Made by a program: the position numbers and the translations under genes. This document shows positions 46,934 to 59,822 of a DNA stretch of 64,000 nt, in pieces (the stretch's first letter is position 1; each line of letters begins with the position of its first letter). The notes below the pieces were generated by a model, which did not search any database, had not been told where the DNA came from, and saw only the letters and a list, made by a program, of their open reading frames with translations. Source of the DNA: Podarcis erhardii (taxonomy: Eukaryota); the NCBI GenBank assembly GCA_964252035.1, contig OZ176201.1. One strand, written 5' to 3'.

Positions 46934-49378
46934 TAGTGTAGAAGCTAGATAGTGTACAGGATCAATGATGAAAGGAGTTCAATCTGGCAAGAAGGCAAAC
47001 TAGATGCTGTGGTAGATCCAGAATCCCTGCTGAGGCCACTGTGGCTGATATAAAGGTAAGGGACGGAGGGAGCTTGTTACCCCAATTTGGGTGGGATGGG
47101 ATTGGCCTCTATGGGGTTTCCCACAACCAGATTCAAAAAAATAAAAATTCACTTTAATATGGTGTGCTTGGCACATTTATATTTAGGGCTATGTGGCTTT
47201 GACCACAGGAGGGAGGATATAATTAGGTTGATTTGTGTCTATCTGGAAGGCCTTGGTGGGGGGTGGAGAGGATCAGAAATAGCCTGTTTATAGAACTAAA
47301 ATGCCTAGCCACATGGAGCTCAGTTGTCTGCAAAACAAGAACAACATTGTGGGGAAAAAAAGACATGCCAAATGAGAAATTGAAACGTGACACAACAGTT
47401 TCATATGGACTGCATTTCGGTGAGAAGGATTAAACTAGATCAGGCAAGATAAAATCAATCTGAATAGAGTTGCCACACTGGATGGCTGGTTACCTATTTA
47501 ATTTTTTGAATCTAAAAGATTGTCAAATATTCCAAGTAGCCGTGATACTGGTGCTGCTTGAAGAACTAACCTGCTAATCTAGCATGTGCCTTTAAAACTG
47601 CCATTTGTTATTAAATAGTTGTTACTTTGCTTTATTTTTGCTTTAATTTCCTTTATAACAAAAAAATGCAACTGCAGACTGGCCCTGCTGTTCCAGGATA
47701 GAAGCCAATGAGGAGAACTGCTCAGTAAATCATTCACTTTTATAGAAACCTTATGTAACAATTTTAAAAGCTGTAATTCAAAGCAATGCTTTTAAAAAGG
47801 TAATTTCATTCTTTCACAGTTAACAGTTATCTAACTTGTTTTTGCAGTTAACGTAAGTATCAACCCACTTGAGAATATATTTTTTCCTTATACAATCTTG
47901 ACTGATCAAATGGGCCAAATCTTTTTGACCTGTCAAATGCCTATCCCTAGACCTGAATGCAATTAAGGCTCATTTTAGAAGGAGGCTATGCACATATTTC
48001 TCCATGATCATCATGGGTATTTGCATGTGTTTCACAGGGGAGTGAATGCACCCTTCTTTTTAAAACACCCCTCTGGACCTTTTTCAGGAGCTTGATGTTC
48101 CCATTTTCCTCCCCAAGTTGGAAAGGTCAGGAAGTAAAATATGTCCTTTCCCAAGTGAGGCAGAGGGGTGAGAGGAAGTGCTGATAGCTGTTTTTAATAC
48201 TACTTTAAGATCCACAGTAGACATCAAAAAGAGTGGAATTAAATGCAAAAAGTATTTATTGACTGCCTGCATTTGAGAAGTTGTTTACCTCATTCAGATG
48301 ATTGTATCAAAACTTAATCAGCCGAGATATGAACAAACCTTATGCCAGCCAAACCACTTCTTCCTGTCTTAGCATGTTGCAATTAACCCCAGAGGTCTTC
48401 AATTCCCCATAATTTCTTGCTATGTCTGAACCATGAAACTATGACAATCAGGATCAGAACAACCAGGTTCTTAAACCACCTTCCAACTATGGTTTAATAT
48501 CCTGGCCTGGTTTCCCCCCGTCCTGGTAACTACAGGGCAGGATTCAACTAACGTACCCTGCCTGTTAGGAGACATGATTTTTTCTAGGTTGGAAATCAGA
48601 AGAGTAGCTACTACCGGTACCTAATTTATAATGGAAAGGCTAGTTTCGTTTTTTCAAAAAACACAACAGGATGGGAGAAGAGATTATCAGATGACAAGCG
48701 AGTGTCAACCCACTGTCTCTAAAAGTACTGAGAGCTCTGGAAGGGACTTGTCCATCACGTCTGTCTGAGTACCATAACAAGGGCAATGAAGGCAAAGCAA
48801 GAATGCCATCAGCCACACTGCAGTAGATCTGGAGGGGCATGTCAGCAGCCACCTTCCCTTGGGACTTGGCTTATTTTCCACTGTCATATGCTACTGCAGC
48901 TAGACATATTCACTGTTTAACACAACCAAACACAGCATGCCTTTACAGTTTTATCTGTCTAAATGATCTGCTGCCAGCATTGCTCAGTTTAGAAAGGTAA
49001 CTGCATATGTAGAAAGAGTATTCTATTGCTACAGCATGATGTGAGTGGTGCCTATGCATAAAGGTAAAAAGAAATGGCCTGCTTTCCTTTGGGCAGGACC
49101 ATTCCCAGATCTAAATCCCAAAGCTTGTTCTTTCTAGAAAAAGAAGAACAAGAAGATGAAGAGAAACAGACAGAGATAGGACTGATCTCCCTTTAAAGTA
49201 AGAATAGAGTAGAACTAAAGATCATCTTGTCCAACTGTCCACCCCCTAAGCAGAATCTGCCACGAACCCACACCACACAACAACCAAGGAACATAATATA
49301 GTATAGGTTGCATGAGCTACACAGCCATGTAAGCAGAGAACAGAAGCAAGCAGAGAACAAAAGCAAACAGAGTTACAC

Positions 49379-49503
49379 CAGGGAGTGGCTAATACTCTAG
49401 ATGTTGTTGGACTCCAACTCCCATCAGCCTCAGCCAACAAGGGCCAGGGATGATGCAAGTTGTAGTCCAACAACATCTGGAGGGCACCGTGTTGGCTACC
49501 TCT
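49379..49503. mobile_element. hAT-type palindromic MITE
   Basis: Arms CTAGATGTTGTTGGACTCCAACT / AGTTGTAGTCCAACAACATCTGG. Confidence 0.7.
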
Positions 49504-49803
49504 TTAAATGATTCAATGGAAGGTTTAAATTGACAGGATGTCTCCCCTTTTTTTCTTTTAAATAGCTCTCAAGTACACTATAGTCGCAGCACAAAGCACC
49601 CAGAGACCAACGTACAGGACAGAAATTATTTGGGGATTTACTATCCTGCAACCAGACTGAGCATATGAAAACAGGGGGCAAAGACAAAGACTGCATCATT
49701 ACCCTAATACACAATGCTGCCAGGCTGCTCATTTCAGAATAGCAAACTAGAACACAAGCAATGAAATCTTCATCGCCATGGCGTGGAATTAAGCAGCACT
49801 TAC

Positions 49804-49888
49804 CCTTGGAAGTCAGTATCAACAAGCAGCCGGACCAGAATTCCTGTCACAGCCACAAGGATTGGATAGTGATCTACGCTCTCCAGTC
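49804..49888 (-). CDS. RNF123: RNF123 exon: [27 protein letters not shown]
   Basis: 85 nt, AG/GT flanks, phase consistent. Confidence 0.95.
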
Positions 49889-51844
49889 CTAGGGAAGAAA
49901 ACAGGTATTTCAAATTACAATCAGTACTATGAAAAGTTAGTTTGTTGACTTCCCCTGAGCACCCCTTTTTATCTTCTTAACTATAGCAGAGGACAAATTA
50001 GCATAGCACTGCACTGAGAAACACCACCAGCCTAAGTTTTCAGGAGACCAGGAGGAGATAAATGTTTGTATTAATTCACTTAAAGATTTGTACTACTACA
50101 TCCATCAGCTTCATCAGGTCTTTGCTAGAGCACCATAAGCTCAAATGAGTCCTCCTCCACCACCACTCCCAATATGGACAACCCTGGACAAAACAGAATG
50201 AACCTCCTTGGCAAACAGGAAATCTTAGAGGTAAGTGACAAACACTAGAGAAAGCACTTGCTCATCTCTGCTAATGCCACTGTCTGGTTTTCTATTAGAA
50301 GGGCACTTAAAAGAATTGTGCAAAAAAATTGGAATGGTGCAAAGCCCTTCAGTAGTGGCCCAGCATTCCTCCACCTTCCAGTCAGTATACAATCCTCCGA
50401 GTCACCCAAACACAGAGTGTTTCTCAAGCACATAACCTTGAAAACGGCACTTGAACACAGGTCTGAAGAAGTACTGAGTGATGATTCCAATTTTCTCCTG
50501 CTTCTAGGTGAGCATGAAAGTAGCCAATGCTTTGAAATGTGGAAGACTTGGTGGTGGTCACACATGCCAATATGCCCCATGTTTCCAACAGGGCAGAGGT
50601 GCTCGAGCTGGGATAATGGGGGTATGACTAAAGCAATGCTCAAAATTTTAAGGGAAGCGGAGGGAGGTAAAACAAGCTTGTCCAAATTTAAAATTAGGCA
50701 CACTTCAGAGACAACTTTCTTCAGGATGACAGCTATTCATATGGTCCTTTACTCCACATGCTTATGACCATACCTATTCCAGAATGCTCTTTCTATCACA
50801 CTACTTACGTCACACAGATGCCAAATAAATAAATCCATCAAAGAATAGGAAAGTGTAAAAATGTGTGGAAGTGTGTGGATCTTTTTAAGCTGTCTTCATT
50901 CACAATCTCAATTTTCAATGAGGGTTGAGCCCTTGTTCCCCAAGAAGGAACACAAAGGCACATTGACTCAGCAATATTGTTTACTTCCTAATACTGATCA
51001 GTATGACATAGGTCTGCAGCAGTGTGTGCCACAGCAGTTATTTAATAATGCTGTGTGAAGGAAAAGGGTCCATGCTCTGCGGGAGGGTGGGGGGACAGGC
51101 AGAGAGTGCACACACTGCTATCACATGCTGTCCTTTTCTCCTCATAAGACACCAGAATAACCAGCCAAAATGAAGAGCTAAAGATAATGGAGCTATAGCG
51201 TAAGTGGAATCTAGTCAGCAATTTTGCAGTTAAATGCAGCTCCTGCTCATTCACTGGTATCACTCTCTGACAGCTTTTAGTGCGGAAGGAGGACATCTTG
51301 CCTCCCTAAAGATTACTTTGCAATTTAACAAGCTCTGTACAAGAATGGATTCCTTCACCCTGAGTAGGTGGGCACACAGCCATCACTTAATGACTGCTTA
51401 CTGTTTAGAGCCAAAAGATCCCATTTCCCATCATTGCAGGTTTTATGCATTTCTGTAAGCAGCGAAGGCCAAGACCACATGGGGCTTCCTTTTGGGATTG
51501 GATGCCATCTTTCATTCTCACGTGTGCTCTGCTGGGCTCCTACCTATCTGAAGAGCGGATGGGAGGGAGCAGTGGCATCAATGGAAGTTGCACTGACACC
51601 ATAATCAGAGATAAAAGGTCAGCACAGAATTCTCCCCACAGATATTTCCTCCCCCCCCCCTTTTTAATATTTTAAATTTTATTAATTTTATTGAGTACAA
51701 ATTATCTTGTTGTTCAAAGGACTGGAAGTGGGTGAAGCCCCTGTGCAGACACAATGAATGTCCACAACCATTGGAAACATTCATGTGAGTTTGTAGAAGG
51801 AGAGAGCACTATTTCCTAGGAATGACGGGAGAATTTAGATCACG

Positions 51845-52035
51845 TAAGAATGTAGGAAGCTGCCTCACACCAGGTCAGAGTTTTTGTCTTTCTTACCTAG
51901 CTTTGCCTGGCTCTGCAAGGTCTCAGACAGCTTTGCCATCACCTTTGAGCTCCTTTGAATTAGAGCTGCCAGGGACTGAACCTGGAACCTTCTGCATGCA
52001 AAGCACATCCTCTACCACTGAGCTATGGTCCCTCT
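51845..52035 (-). mobile_element. tRNA-derived SINE (MIR/Ther1-like)
   Basis: Reverse complement head ATAGCTCAGTGGTAGAGGATGTGCTTTGCATGCAGAAGGTTCCAGGTTCAGTCCC with A and B boxes. Confidence 0.75.
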
Positions 52036-52079
52036 CCCAAAGCAGGACTGACTGCAAGGTGGCTGGGAAGGAAGCTCAC

Positions 52080-52155
52080 CTGGCAGACGAAGATTGACCA
52101 CTCTGTCAAACAAGTTCCGCTCAGCTGTCACACGATTCAGCACCTGATTTAGCAG
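52080..52155 (-). CDS. RNF123: RNF123 exon: [25 protein letters not shown]
   Basis: 76 nt, donor CAG|gtgagc. Confidence 0.96.
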
Positions 52156-53499
52156 CTGTGGGGAAGGAAGAAGAGATGGCAGAATGATTAAAGCAGAAGA
52201 TGCAAGTTCTCTCTCTGCACACTTGCAGAGATGCACATATGTTACTCCTGATACTTTCCAGTCTGATCATCAGGGTTTAGACAACTCAATTCCCTCGGAT
52301 TCAGAAATCTCTCTACAACAGCAGGCACAATATTGGGCACTGCATGGTAATAAGGTGTGCTGGGATACAGAAAGGGCCTTGAGGGTTGTTCCTTCCTTTA
52401 TGCCCTGGAACTATCTGCCTTTCAGACCCACAATAGCAGAGGACGGTCTTCCAAGAACATATATTTTACAGCAAATGGTGAGATACTAGATGGATGCATG
52501 ATAACGCTCTGTGTGGCCTTAGATTTCATGGCATGGAGGATACCCATCAGCAGGGCTGCTCAGAAAAGAAATATGACAGGCCTCTCTGTGAACCATGAGA
52601 ATGACAACAGACCTGAGCCTTCAGCAATAACAGACTGAAAATGTGGCTCGGGTTGCATCAGCTCACATCTCAGGCTGTGGACACTTTCAATGAAAAAACT
52701 CTTAGAAGGCAAAACAGCTCTTAATTCCATGGATGGATGGGGTCTCTTTCTAATAAGCCAAATTTCCACATGCATACAGTGGAACCTTAGCACAAAGGTA
52801 CATGCAAGGCCGTGCAGAGAGGTATTTGATTTAAAGAAGTTGGGCAAAATGAGGAAATAGCCAGCAGTGAGTCATCATTCCAGAGAGCAAGCTGATGCTT
52901 CAACTAGAATGTGGCAGAATTCTGAAAATGGCACCCAAAGAACATTTGGCACACTGTTTTCCCCTCCAGGGATAAGTACTGCACTGTTTTAAGAAACAAT
53001 TCATAAAAGCCTTTCAAAGAGTTCATTTCAAAATTAAAACCTGACATTTTTGGTCAACCTATTTTCAAACACTGCACTGTAGTTCATTGTGTGAACAGAT
53101 GTGCTCAGAACAAATATGAGTGGTTTGGTCACTTCATCTGCATGTAACTGCTTATAGGTGGTTCTGTTGTGCCACAAGCCTCTTTGCATGGCCAGTCATC
53201 GCATGACAACTCAAACTAGGTTTCCAGATGGATCTGCTACAGTGACCCATGCAAGCAAGTCCCAAGTGATGTCACACACACCTTGCCCTCCCCATCTTTA
53301 AGCATCAGTGTCTACATCTATAGGTTTCATGTTCTCTATTGTTACCCAATGGCTAATGGCTGTACGATTTAGCAGCTTCACTCAAGTGGCCATGTAATCT
53401 TGCCAGGACATCTGCACATCAACTGTCTGGTCATATGGTGGCCAGGTTGACCAGGGACAATGGAAATGGAACATGCAAGGCTACCTGTCTGGGCCTTTG

Positions 53500-53690
53500 G
53501 AACCTGATATTGTTGATGCTGGTTGGTGTTTCGGCTTTGTGTTGCTATTTTTCCTTAATGAACTTATGATTTTATTCTGTTTTATTTTATATTTATATTA
53601 CATTGTAAGCTGTGCTGACAGCCACCTTGTGCTCCAACCTGGAGCAAACAGGTGGAGGGATATGAAAACATTGAAATAAATGAATGAATG
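53500..53690 (+). mobile_element. L2-like LINE 3' end
   Basis: T-rich body, ATTGTAAGCTG..., terminal AATAAATGAATGAATGAAT. Confidence 0.5.
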
Positions 53691-54269
53691 AATTATTCTG
53701 TCTGTACTGTATGGGTCTGATGCATGGATAATGTAAACATGTCAGTATGAATTGATGCTTGACAGAAAAGGTGATTTACTGATACATCATGCTTTAAAAG
53801 CTTTAAGTAAACCATAGGGGGCATTAAGGCATTTGAAAAAGGAAGCAAGGGCTGAAGCTCAGAGAAGGAGATTCTTAGGAATATCATCGGGAAGGGGTAC
53901 AGATTGGCTTATCCTTCCACTTCTTGAAATGTATGGCCGTCTTTACTCTGGAGTTCTTTTCCAGGAAGAAATTAAGGCTTACCAAAGAAGAAAAAGGGCA
54001 GTGAACTGGAGAACTTTATCTTGCTGCACACATACAATCTCTGAATAATCACTAATAGAGTAAGACAGTAGTGGGGGAGGGGAGGGGAGGGGAGAGCCAA
54101 CCTGCAGTTTGTTAGCCCCTAAACTTGCTGGTGACACATTCTTTTAGAATAATATAGTTCACACTGGTAACTGTGACTGTGCCAAATGACAGCACCCACA
54201 TCCTCAGCTAAAAAACTTTGCCCCTTGCCATGTACCCAACCTAATGTTTTCCTGCGGAGAAGTGAGTAC

Positions 54270-54458
54270 CTGTGCAAGTCTCCTGAGTAATAGCTCTGAT
54301 GAGGGGCGACTCCAGTCCAGGAAGATCTCAGGAGCCAGTGTGACCGTCATTTCCAAGACCCTGAGCAGGCTCACTGACAGGTCAAAGCACGTTGCACACA
54401 CCTTCAACTGGCGACTGTCTACAAAGTTTCTTTCCAGGCGCTCTGCAGCTTGCTGGAT
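54270..54458 (-). CDS. RNF123: RNF123 exon: [29 protein letters not shown]...LRRLAQ
   Basis: 189 nt, phase 0-0. Confidence 0.96.
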
Positions 54459-54710
54459 CTGCCCAGGCAAAACAGATGCAGCTTAATGTAAGAACTGGAA
54501 GGGGGGCAGCTGTTCTCTTCACACCTGCCCCTAACCCTCCCCCCTTTCCCAGTTCATGCACAAGTCAGCTCAATCCCAGCATCCCACAAGAACTGTGCTG
54601 CAAACTGCTACTGGCACCTAGTAAGGAAAGGACTTTTGTTTTTATCCTCCAGGATGACAGGCAGAGGCTTACTCCTTCAATCAGATTTATTCCGGATCCA
54701 AAACTCTCAC

Positions 54711-54850
54711 CTCCTGAATCATGCCAATGAACTCTGAGAAGGCCCAGTTCAGCTGGTTAAGCACACTGTTGAGGAAACTGGGTGCCATTTCACGGTCACT
54801 CCGCAGCAGGTCCGCCATGTGTCGCTGCAGCAGGGTGGAGGGACAAGGCT
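54711..54850 (-). CDS. RNF123: RNF123 exon: [15 protein letters not shown]...[13 protein letters not shown]
   Basis: 140 nt, AG/GT flanks. Confidence 0.96.
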
Positions 54851-55524
54851 CTGGAATGAAACAACAGCGGCTTCTTAAGAGGCCACACTACCGGAAGGTG
54901 CTGGGCAGCTGCTGCCCAAGCCCAGCCTGTTTCACTGCCATCGTGTGGAAATGGGGAACAGTTTATAAGTTTACAAGTATGTGCCCCTTTCACTGCATTC
55001 AGCTTCATTTTGTCTCTCAAAAATCACAAGGAATTCTTGGAGCCTCCTCCCAGCCGAGGCCCTCTTTACAATAAGTAGAGGCGGCAGCTGCCCTCCAAGG
55101 CCAGCTCTCACACATGGACTATTCTGAGCCTGTCCCGTCTCCAAGGCCCGGAGCTCTTTGCCATAATGCCGGTCTGAATTAGCTGGGATGTGGTCATGCA
55201 CATTTGCTGTCTCTCTGCAAGTAAGAAGCTGTGCCCTGCAGCTGAGCTCAAGCCAAGCATCCCTCCTGCTCATCCCCACAATGCCCTAGGTCAGCTCAGC
55301 ACTAATCTCTCCTGAAAGCAGCATCACAGTAGCTCCCTAGCAGGGAATCAGCACCCAAGACAGACAGTCCCACTCCTCTCTGCCAGCATGGCACATGTTC
55401 ACACTTGTTTGCCCATTTCCGATCAGGGCGAGAAATCTAAAGGGGAGGGGGAATTAAACCCAACTCTTTTCCAGCCTGCCCATGGAACCCAAAAGCAAGC
55501 CTGAAACAGGGGTGCATTTTAAAT

Positions 55525-55526
<2 letters not shown>

Positions 55527-55572
<46 letters not shown>

Positions 55573-55582
55573 CGTGTGTGTG
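55527..55582. repeat. Compound (TC)n(TG)n microsatellite
   Basis: Directly visible. Confidence 0.95.
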
Positions 55583-58346
55583 TTAGCTACAGGAACTTTG
55601 CTAGCTCTTATTAATAAGTCCTCCTCATCAGAGTCTTAAAGCAGGGCCATTTGTTTCCTCACTTCCCTTAGACACAGGGAATAAGGTAAAACTTTTCACA
55701 ATGGAACTATAACCCAGCAGCAGATACTACTGACATCACTAGGACTGCAGCAGTGGAAAAAGAAATCTGAGATACACTGATGGCACCCCACCCCAGGAGC
55801 ACACCTTACATCACTTTTCCCTCCTTTGGAACATGCTAGAGATCAGATGTAAACCAGGAGGAAGTTGTCAGGCAGAGCCGGATTATTGAAGCTTTAGTTT
55901 TGCACTGAAATGAAATCCCTGCCAAATGAGAGTCCCAAAGTGACACACATGTGAGAGCACTGCTTGCTTTCAAGAGAATGCAGCTGAAAGGCTCACAACT
56001 GTGAGAATAAGCTTTAAGAGCTCTTCTAGCCAACCTCTTAACAGCAGGACCTATAACTCAAGGCTCGAAAAACTAGCCAGTAGAGGACTAAGCTAGAAGG
56101 ATGTATGTGCATGTTCTCCTCTCTTAGGAGCCAGCCAGTCCCATCATCGCTTTAGTTACTAAAGGGGGCCCTAGACAGGAAATGAGCATGAGTTGTCCCT
56201 TAATAAACTGAGGCTGCAGAGCAGATGACGACTAATCATTGGTGTGCCCCTAAATTGCCCATCAACATTGGGCAAGCATAGCAGTAACTCGGGCACAAAA
56301 GGCGAGGGATTGTAACAGGACAGGCAGAGAGGTGAGCTGACTTTCACATTCAGATATTCCATCCCAAGTAATGGCCAGAGCACACCTGATATGTCTTCCA
56401 TTGTCTGTGCTCCAATCTCTCCCTGCAGCATCACAAAGACCTGCGAGAGGGGGGTGGACTCAGCCCCTCTAGGGCAGTGTCCCAAGGACAGCTGGTAAAT
56501 AGGCTCCTTTCAATTAACTTGGTATTAATTATTCATTCAAGTACACCTCAAAATAGCAGAAAGCAGGATCACTAGCCAAAGGATCCTGTGCCCTGTCTTA
56601 GACCTTTCGGAGCCACATGGAGGAAATCACTGGCAGACAGTGATGACCTTGCCGACACCTAGAAAAGTGAACCCAATTGCATAGGTGTCCCAAGGTCATT
56701 CAATGACCGCACCCCCAGGGATGGAGTTTCATGACAGCCTCAGCAAAAACAGCCAGCTTATTAGCCTGCAGAACTGGGCCAGAACTGGAGCTAGCAGTTT
56801 CAGGGAAGCTGTATCTGCTCAACCTTTCTGTTCCCTGTTGTGTCCATCTTTTCAGAAGGAGAGGTGTAAAAAAAAAAAAGGTGGAATGGAGAAGAATAAA
56901 GAGGAAAAGGACAGTTGACACCACAGCCACAAGGGAAAACTGCTATGGAGAGCACATTAACAGCACCTACACATATTTGCTGCGGACTCGTAATATTCCC
57001 TCCACACTAAAGGGAGAGGCATACTTAACCACCCACCCTGAGGCACATTTGACAGGTCACCATGACAAACATTTGGATGGCTCTTAGGACCATCACTTGG
57101 TGCAGCCAGACTCATCCCGCTTTATCTTTCTACCCCATCGTTTCCAAAGGACCGGCTTGTGCACCAAGGGTGGGAGGGGAAAAGGCTCTACTATAGGGCT
57201 ATAAAACTATGTCACCACCATACAAAGGGAAGACAACAGGAAACTTACTCTGGAAACTAGCAACAGAGAGATCTCCTGGGCCCCCAAAAAAGCAGAAAAG
57301 AAAAAAGCAAAACAAAACAAAGAGAGAAACATTATAGATGCAAGTTTTCTTAGAAGGGTCAAGCAGGTGTTACTACTGCCACCTTCTGCTGGGCTGTGAG
57401 GTTAGTCATTCTGTCCTGGCATTATATGCTCTCTCAGAGAAAGAGTGCAGGACCAACTCATAACTTGCCATCCACTCAGCAACACAGATGCCATCATTCT
57501 CTTCACTAGATCAATAACTACAGAGGAGAAGCCAAAGCTCCCCCTACAGCTTGTAACTGGAGTCTCTCAGAGATCCTTGCCATGCTGGATACAAAGCCAT
57601 TCTGAGTACTGTGGTAACACTGGAAGACCAGCCTGATTACTAAACCATGGCTGCCATAAGTGAGTGGCAAATACCTCAGAACAAAGTAGGACTAACATTC
57701 ACAGAAGAGGACCAGCCCAGAGCTGCAAGAGAAGCAGTGCCTGCTGGATCCAATGTACCACCAATGCCGATCAACTTGAAAAATCAATTTTACTCCTTAA
57801 AACTATAACCTGGTGTGCCTTTGGGGATGCTTTCACACTTTGTCAACTCATGTCTGCTCTGGCCATATGCTGCTAAAATGTTTTGTCTCCTATAAATATA
57901 CACCAGAGCTTCTTTGGTCATCACCTAGTGAACCAGTGAAAACAACCAGGGTGATCACAATTATATGGAGGTGGTTTTTTTTTAAGGTTTTGCACTCAAA
58001 AATAAAAGAGTGCTGGGTCAGGAAGTTAATAAGAAACTTTTCACCCTGAGTTTGCCACACACATTTAAGTTAGGGACAGAGACAACTTATTTATATTACA
58101 TGGCATCAGAGGCCCTCTAGCTCCCAGACATGCTGGGTCCCAGCAGTTACACAGACAGGATCCACTGGTGCCGATTATTGTGCCAACAGACAGCAGCAGT
58201 GTGGGGGCACCACACAACAGGATCCTGCCCTTCTGGTGCCAGAGTCAACAGCTAACCAGATTAGGATAATCTCAGTTACAGGACTGCATTTACCCACAAG
58301 CTGTAATGGCAAAGCAACACATCTCCACTCCCTATCCCCCACTCAC

Positions 58347-58431
58347 TCTGCAAGCTGGGGAGATTGGCATCTTCTGGCTTGGTTTTCAGGAGATGAGGAA
58401 GCCGTGTGTACCTGTATCCAAATCCACAGCC
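58347..58431 (-). CDS. RNF123: RNF123 exon: [28 protein letters not shown]
   Basis: 85 nt, donor gtgagt. Confidence 0.96.
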
Positions 58432-58642
58432 CTACAGGAGAGGGGGGGAAGGGAGAAATGTCTGCTTAGAAGACCTCGCATTATCTCCCAACAAGGAACA
58501 TGGAGACCCTCTCGCCAGAAGCAGGTAACAAAGTTCAAACAAGAAGTTAAGGGAAAGTTCAAACAGAGGGGAAACCACTGGTTTTAAAACTACAAGCTGG
58601 AAATTCTGAACAAATGTGGAAGCAGAGGATATCTGTTCTTAC

Positions 58643-58730
58643 TCGCCACAGTCGTACAAGGATCCAGTTGGTCTGGGCCCAGGGTCTTTGCTCGTAGGGG
58701 GCCAGCAGGTTCTTCATCATGGATATTCGC
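58643..58730 (-). CDS. RNF123: RNF123 exon: [29 protein letters not shown]
   Basis: 88 nt, [10 protein letters not shown] motif. Confidence 0.96.
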
Positions 58731-59001
58731 CTGCCAGAGTAAAACAAACAAGTCAGCCAACCACCATGAAAACAGCACCAAGGTTAAAAAGTGGGGGTTT
58801 GGGAAGGATTCAAGGCAAGATGTTTAGTTTACTTGAGAGGGAAGAATCAGAAGTGCAATGTGAGGAAATAAGGGGAGCAGCAGCTTCCACACAAAAGGGA
58901 TTATAAGTATAGGAATCATGCCTGGTTCAGGGAAGAAGAGAGAAATAATCCTCTTCCAGGACATATAACATTTTTCAGGAATGGTGAAACCAAGAACTTA
59001 C

Positions 59002-59089
59002 TGTAGTTCTGGAATCCTCTCTACAGCACGGAGTGAGTGTGGGTAGCAAACATAGCTGGCCAATGCCTGCATTAGGGAGTCTCTGATGT
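59002..59089 (-). CDS. RNF123: RNF123 exon: [28 protein letters not shown]
   Basis: 88 nt, donor gtaagt. Confidence 0.96.
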
Positions 59090-59187
59090 CTGAATGTGGA
59101 AACAAGACAGAATGTAAGTGGAGTAGGGATAATAGGGACATAGATTGCCAGAAAAATACTTCAGATATTGTGGTGCAATTGCATACT

Positions 59188-59302
59188 TAGGGTTGCCATA
59201 CGTCTGGGATTTCCTGGACATATTCAAAATACTGCAGTGGGCAGTAGTGTCTGGGCAGAAATCGGAAAAATGGACAGTAAAATTTGGACGTATGGCAACC
59301 CA
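59188..59302. mobile_element. hAT (Blackjack-like) MITE
   Basis: TIRs TAGGGTTGCCATACGTC / GACGTATGGCAACCCA; no clear TSD. Confidence 0.7.
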
Positions 59303-59673
59303 TGTCAGTAGTGCCATTGTTGCTGATTTTTCATAAGTACAGCTCAAAAACAGAAACTTCTGTCCAGATTTTCACTGTGTGAAATATTGCAAGCATAGTT
59401 TACTACAATTACAGGACTAGTAAGCAGGACAGGATATAAAGACAAATGTCAAACCCAAAAATAATAATTGAATTTTGCAATGATTTGAGGTGTTAAAAAC
59501 ATTAGAAACAGACACCCTTACTATTCAAGAAGTATCAAGTAGAAATAAAATTTAAAAAACAGCAAGCATGAGCTTAATTTTCTTTCCCCCAATCACATAT
59601 GCATGTGTGCACGCATGCACACACATAACACCTACAGCCCAACATGACCTTTGGAAAACAGGAGCGGCCTTAC

Positions 59674-59748
59674 CAGTTCCCACAATCCTTGAGTCAGCAA
59701 AGTGCTTGGCTAAAATGGCAGCGAGGTGAGTCAAAGTCTCTTCGTAGC
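59674..59748 (-). CDS. RNF123: RNF123 exon: [24 protein letters not shown]
   Basis: 75 nt, AG/GT flanks. Confidence 0.96.
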
Positions 59749-59822
59749 CTGAAAAGAAAAAGTTCAGAATATCAGGATGCAGGGGAAAAACCCCCACAGC
59801 TATAGGATATAGCAGCTGCAGC

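Noticed and set aside
29066-52035. tRNA genes at 29.07, 37.39 and 51.98 kb
   Set aside because: A/B boxes are present but run into SINE bodies or LINE-like tails, with degenerate stems.
54071-54093. (GGGGA)n G-quadruplex motif
   Set aside because: A common simple repeat with no further support.
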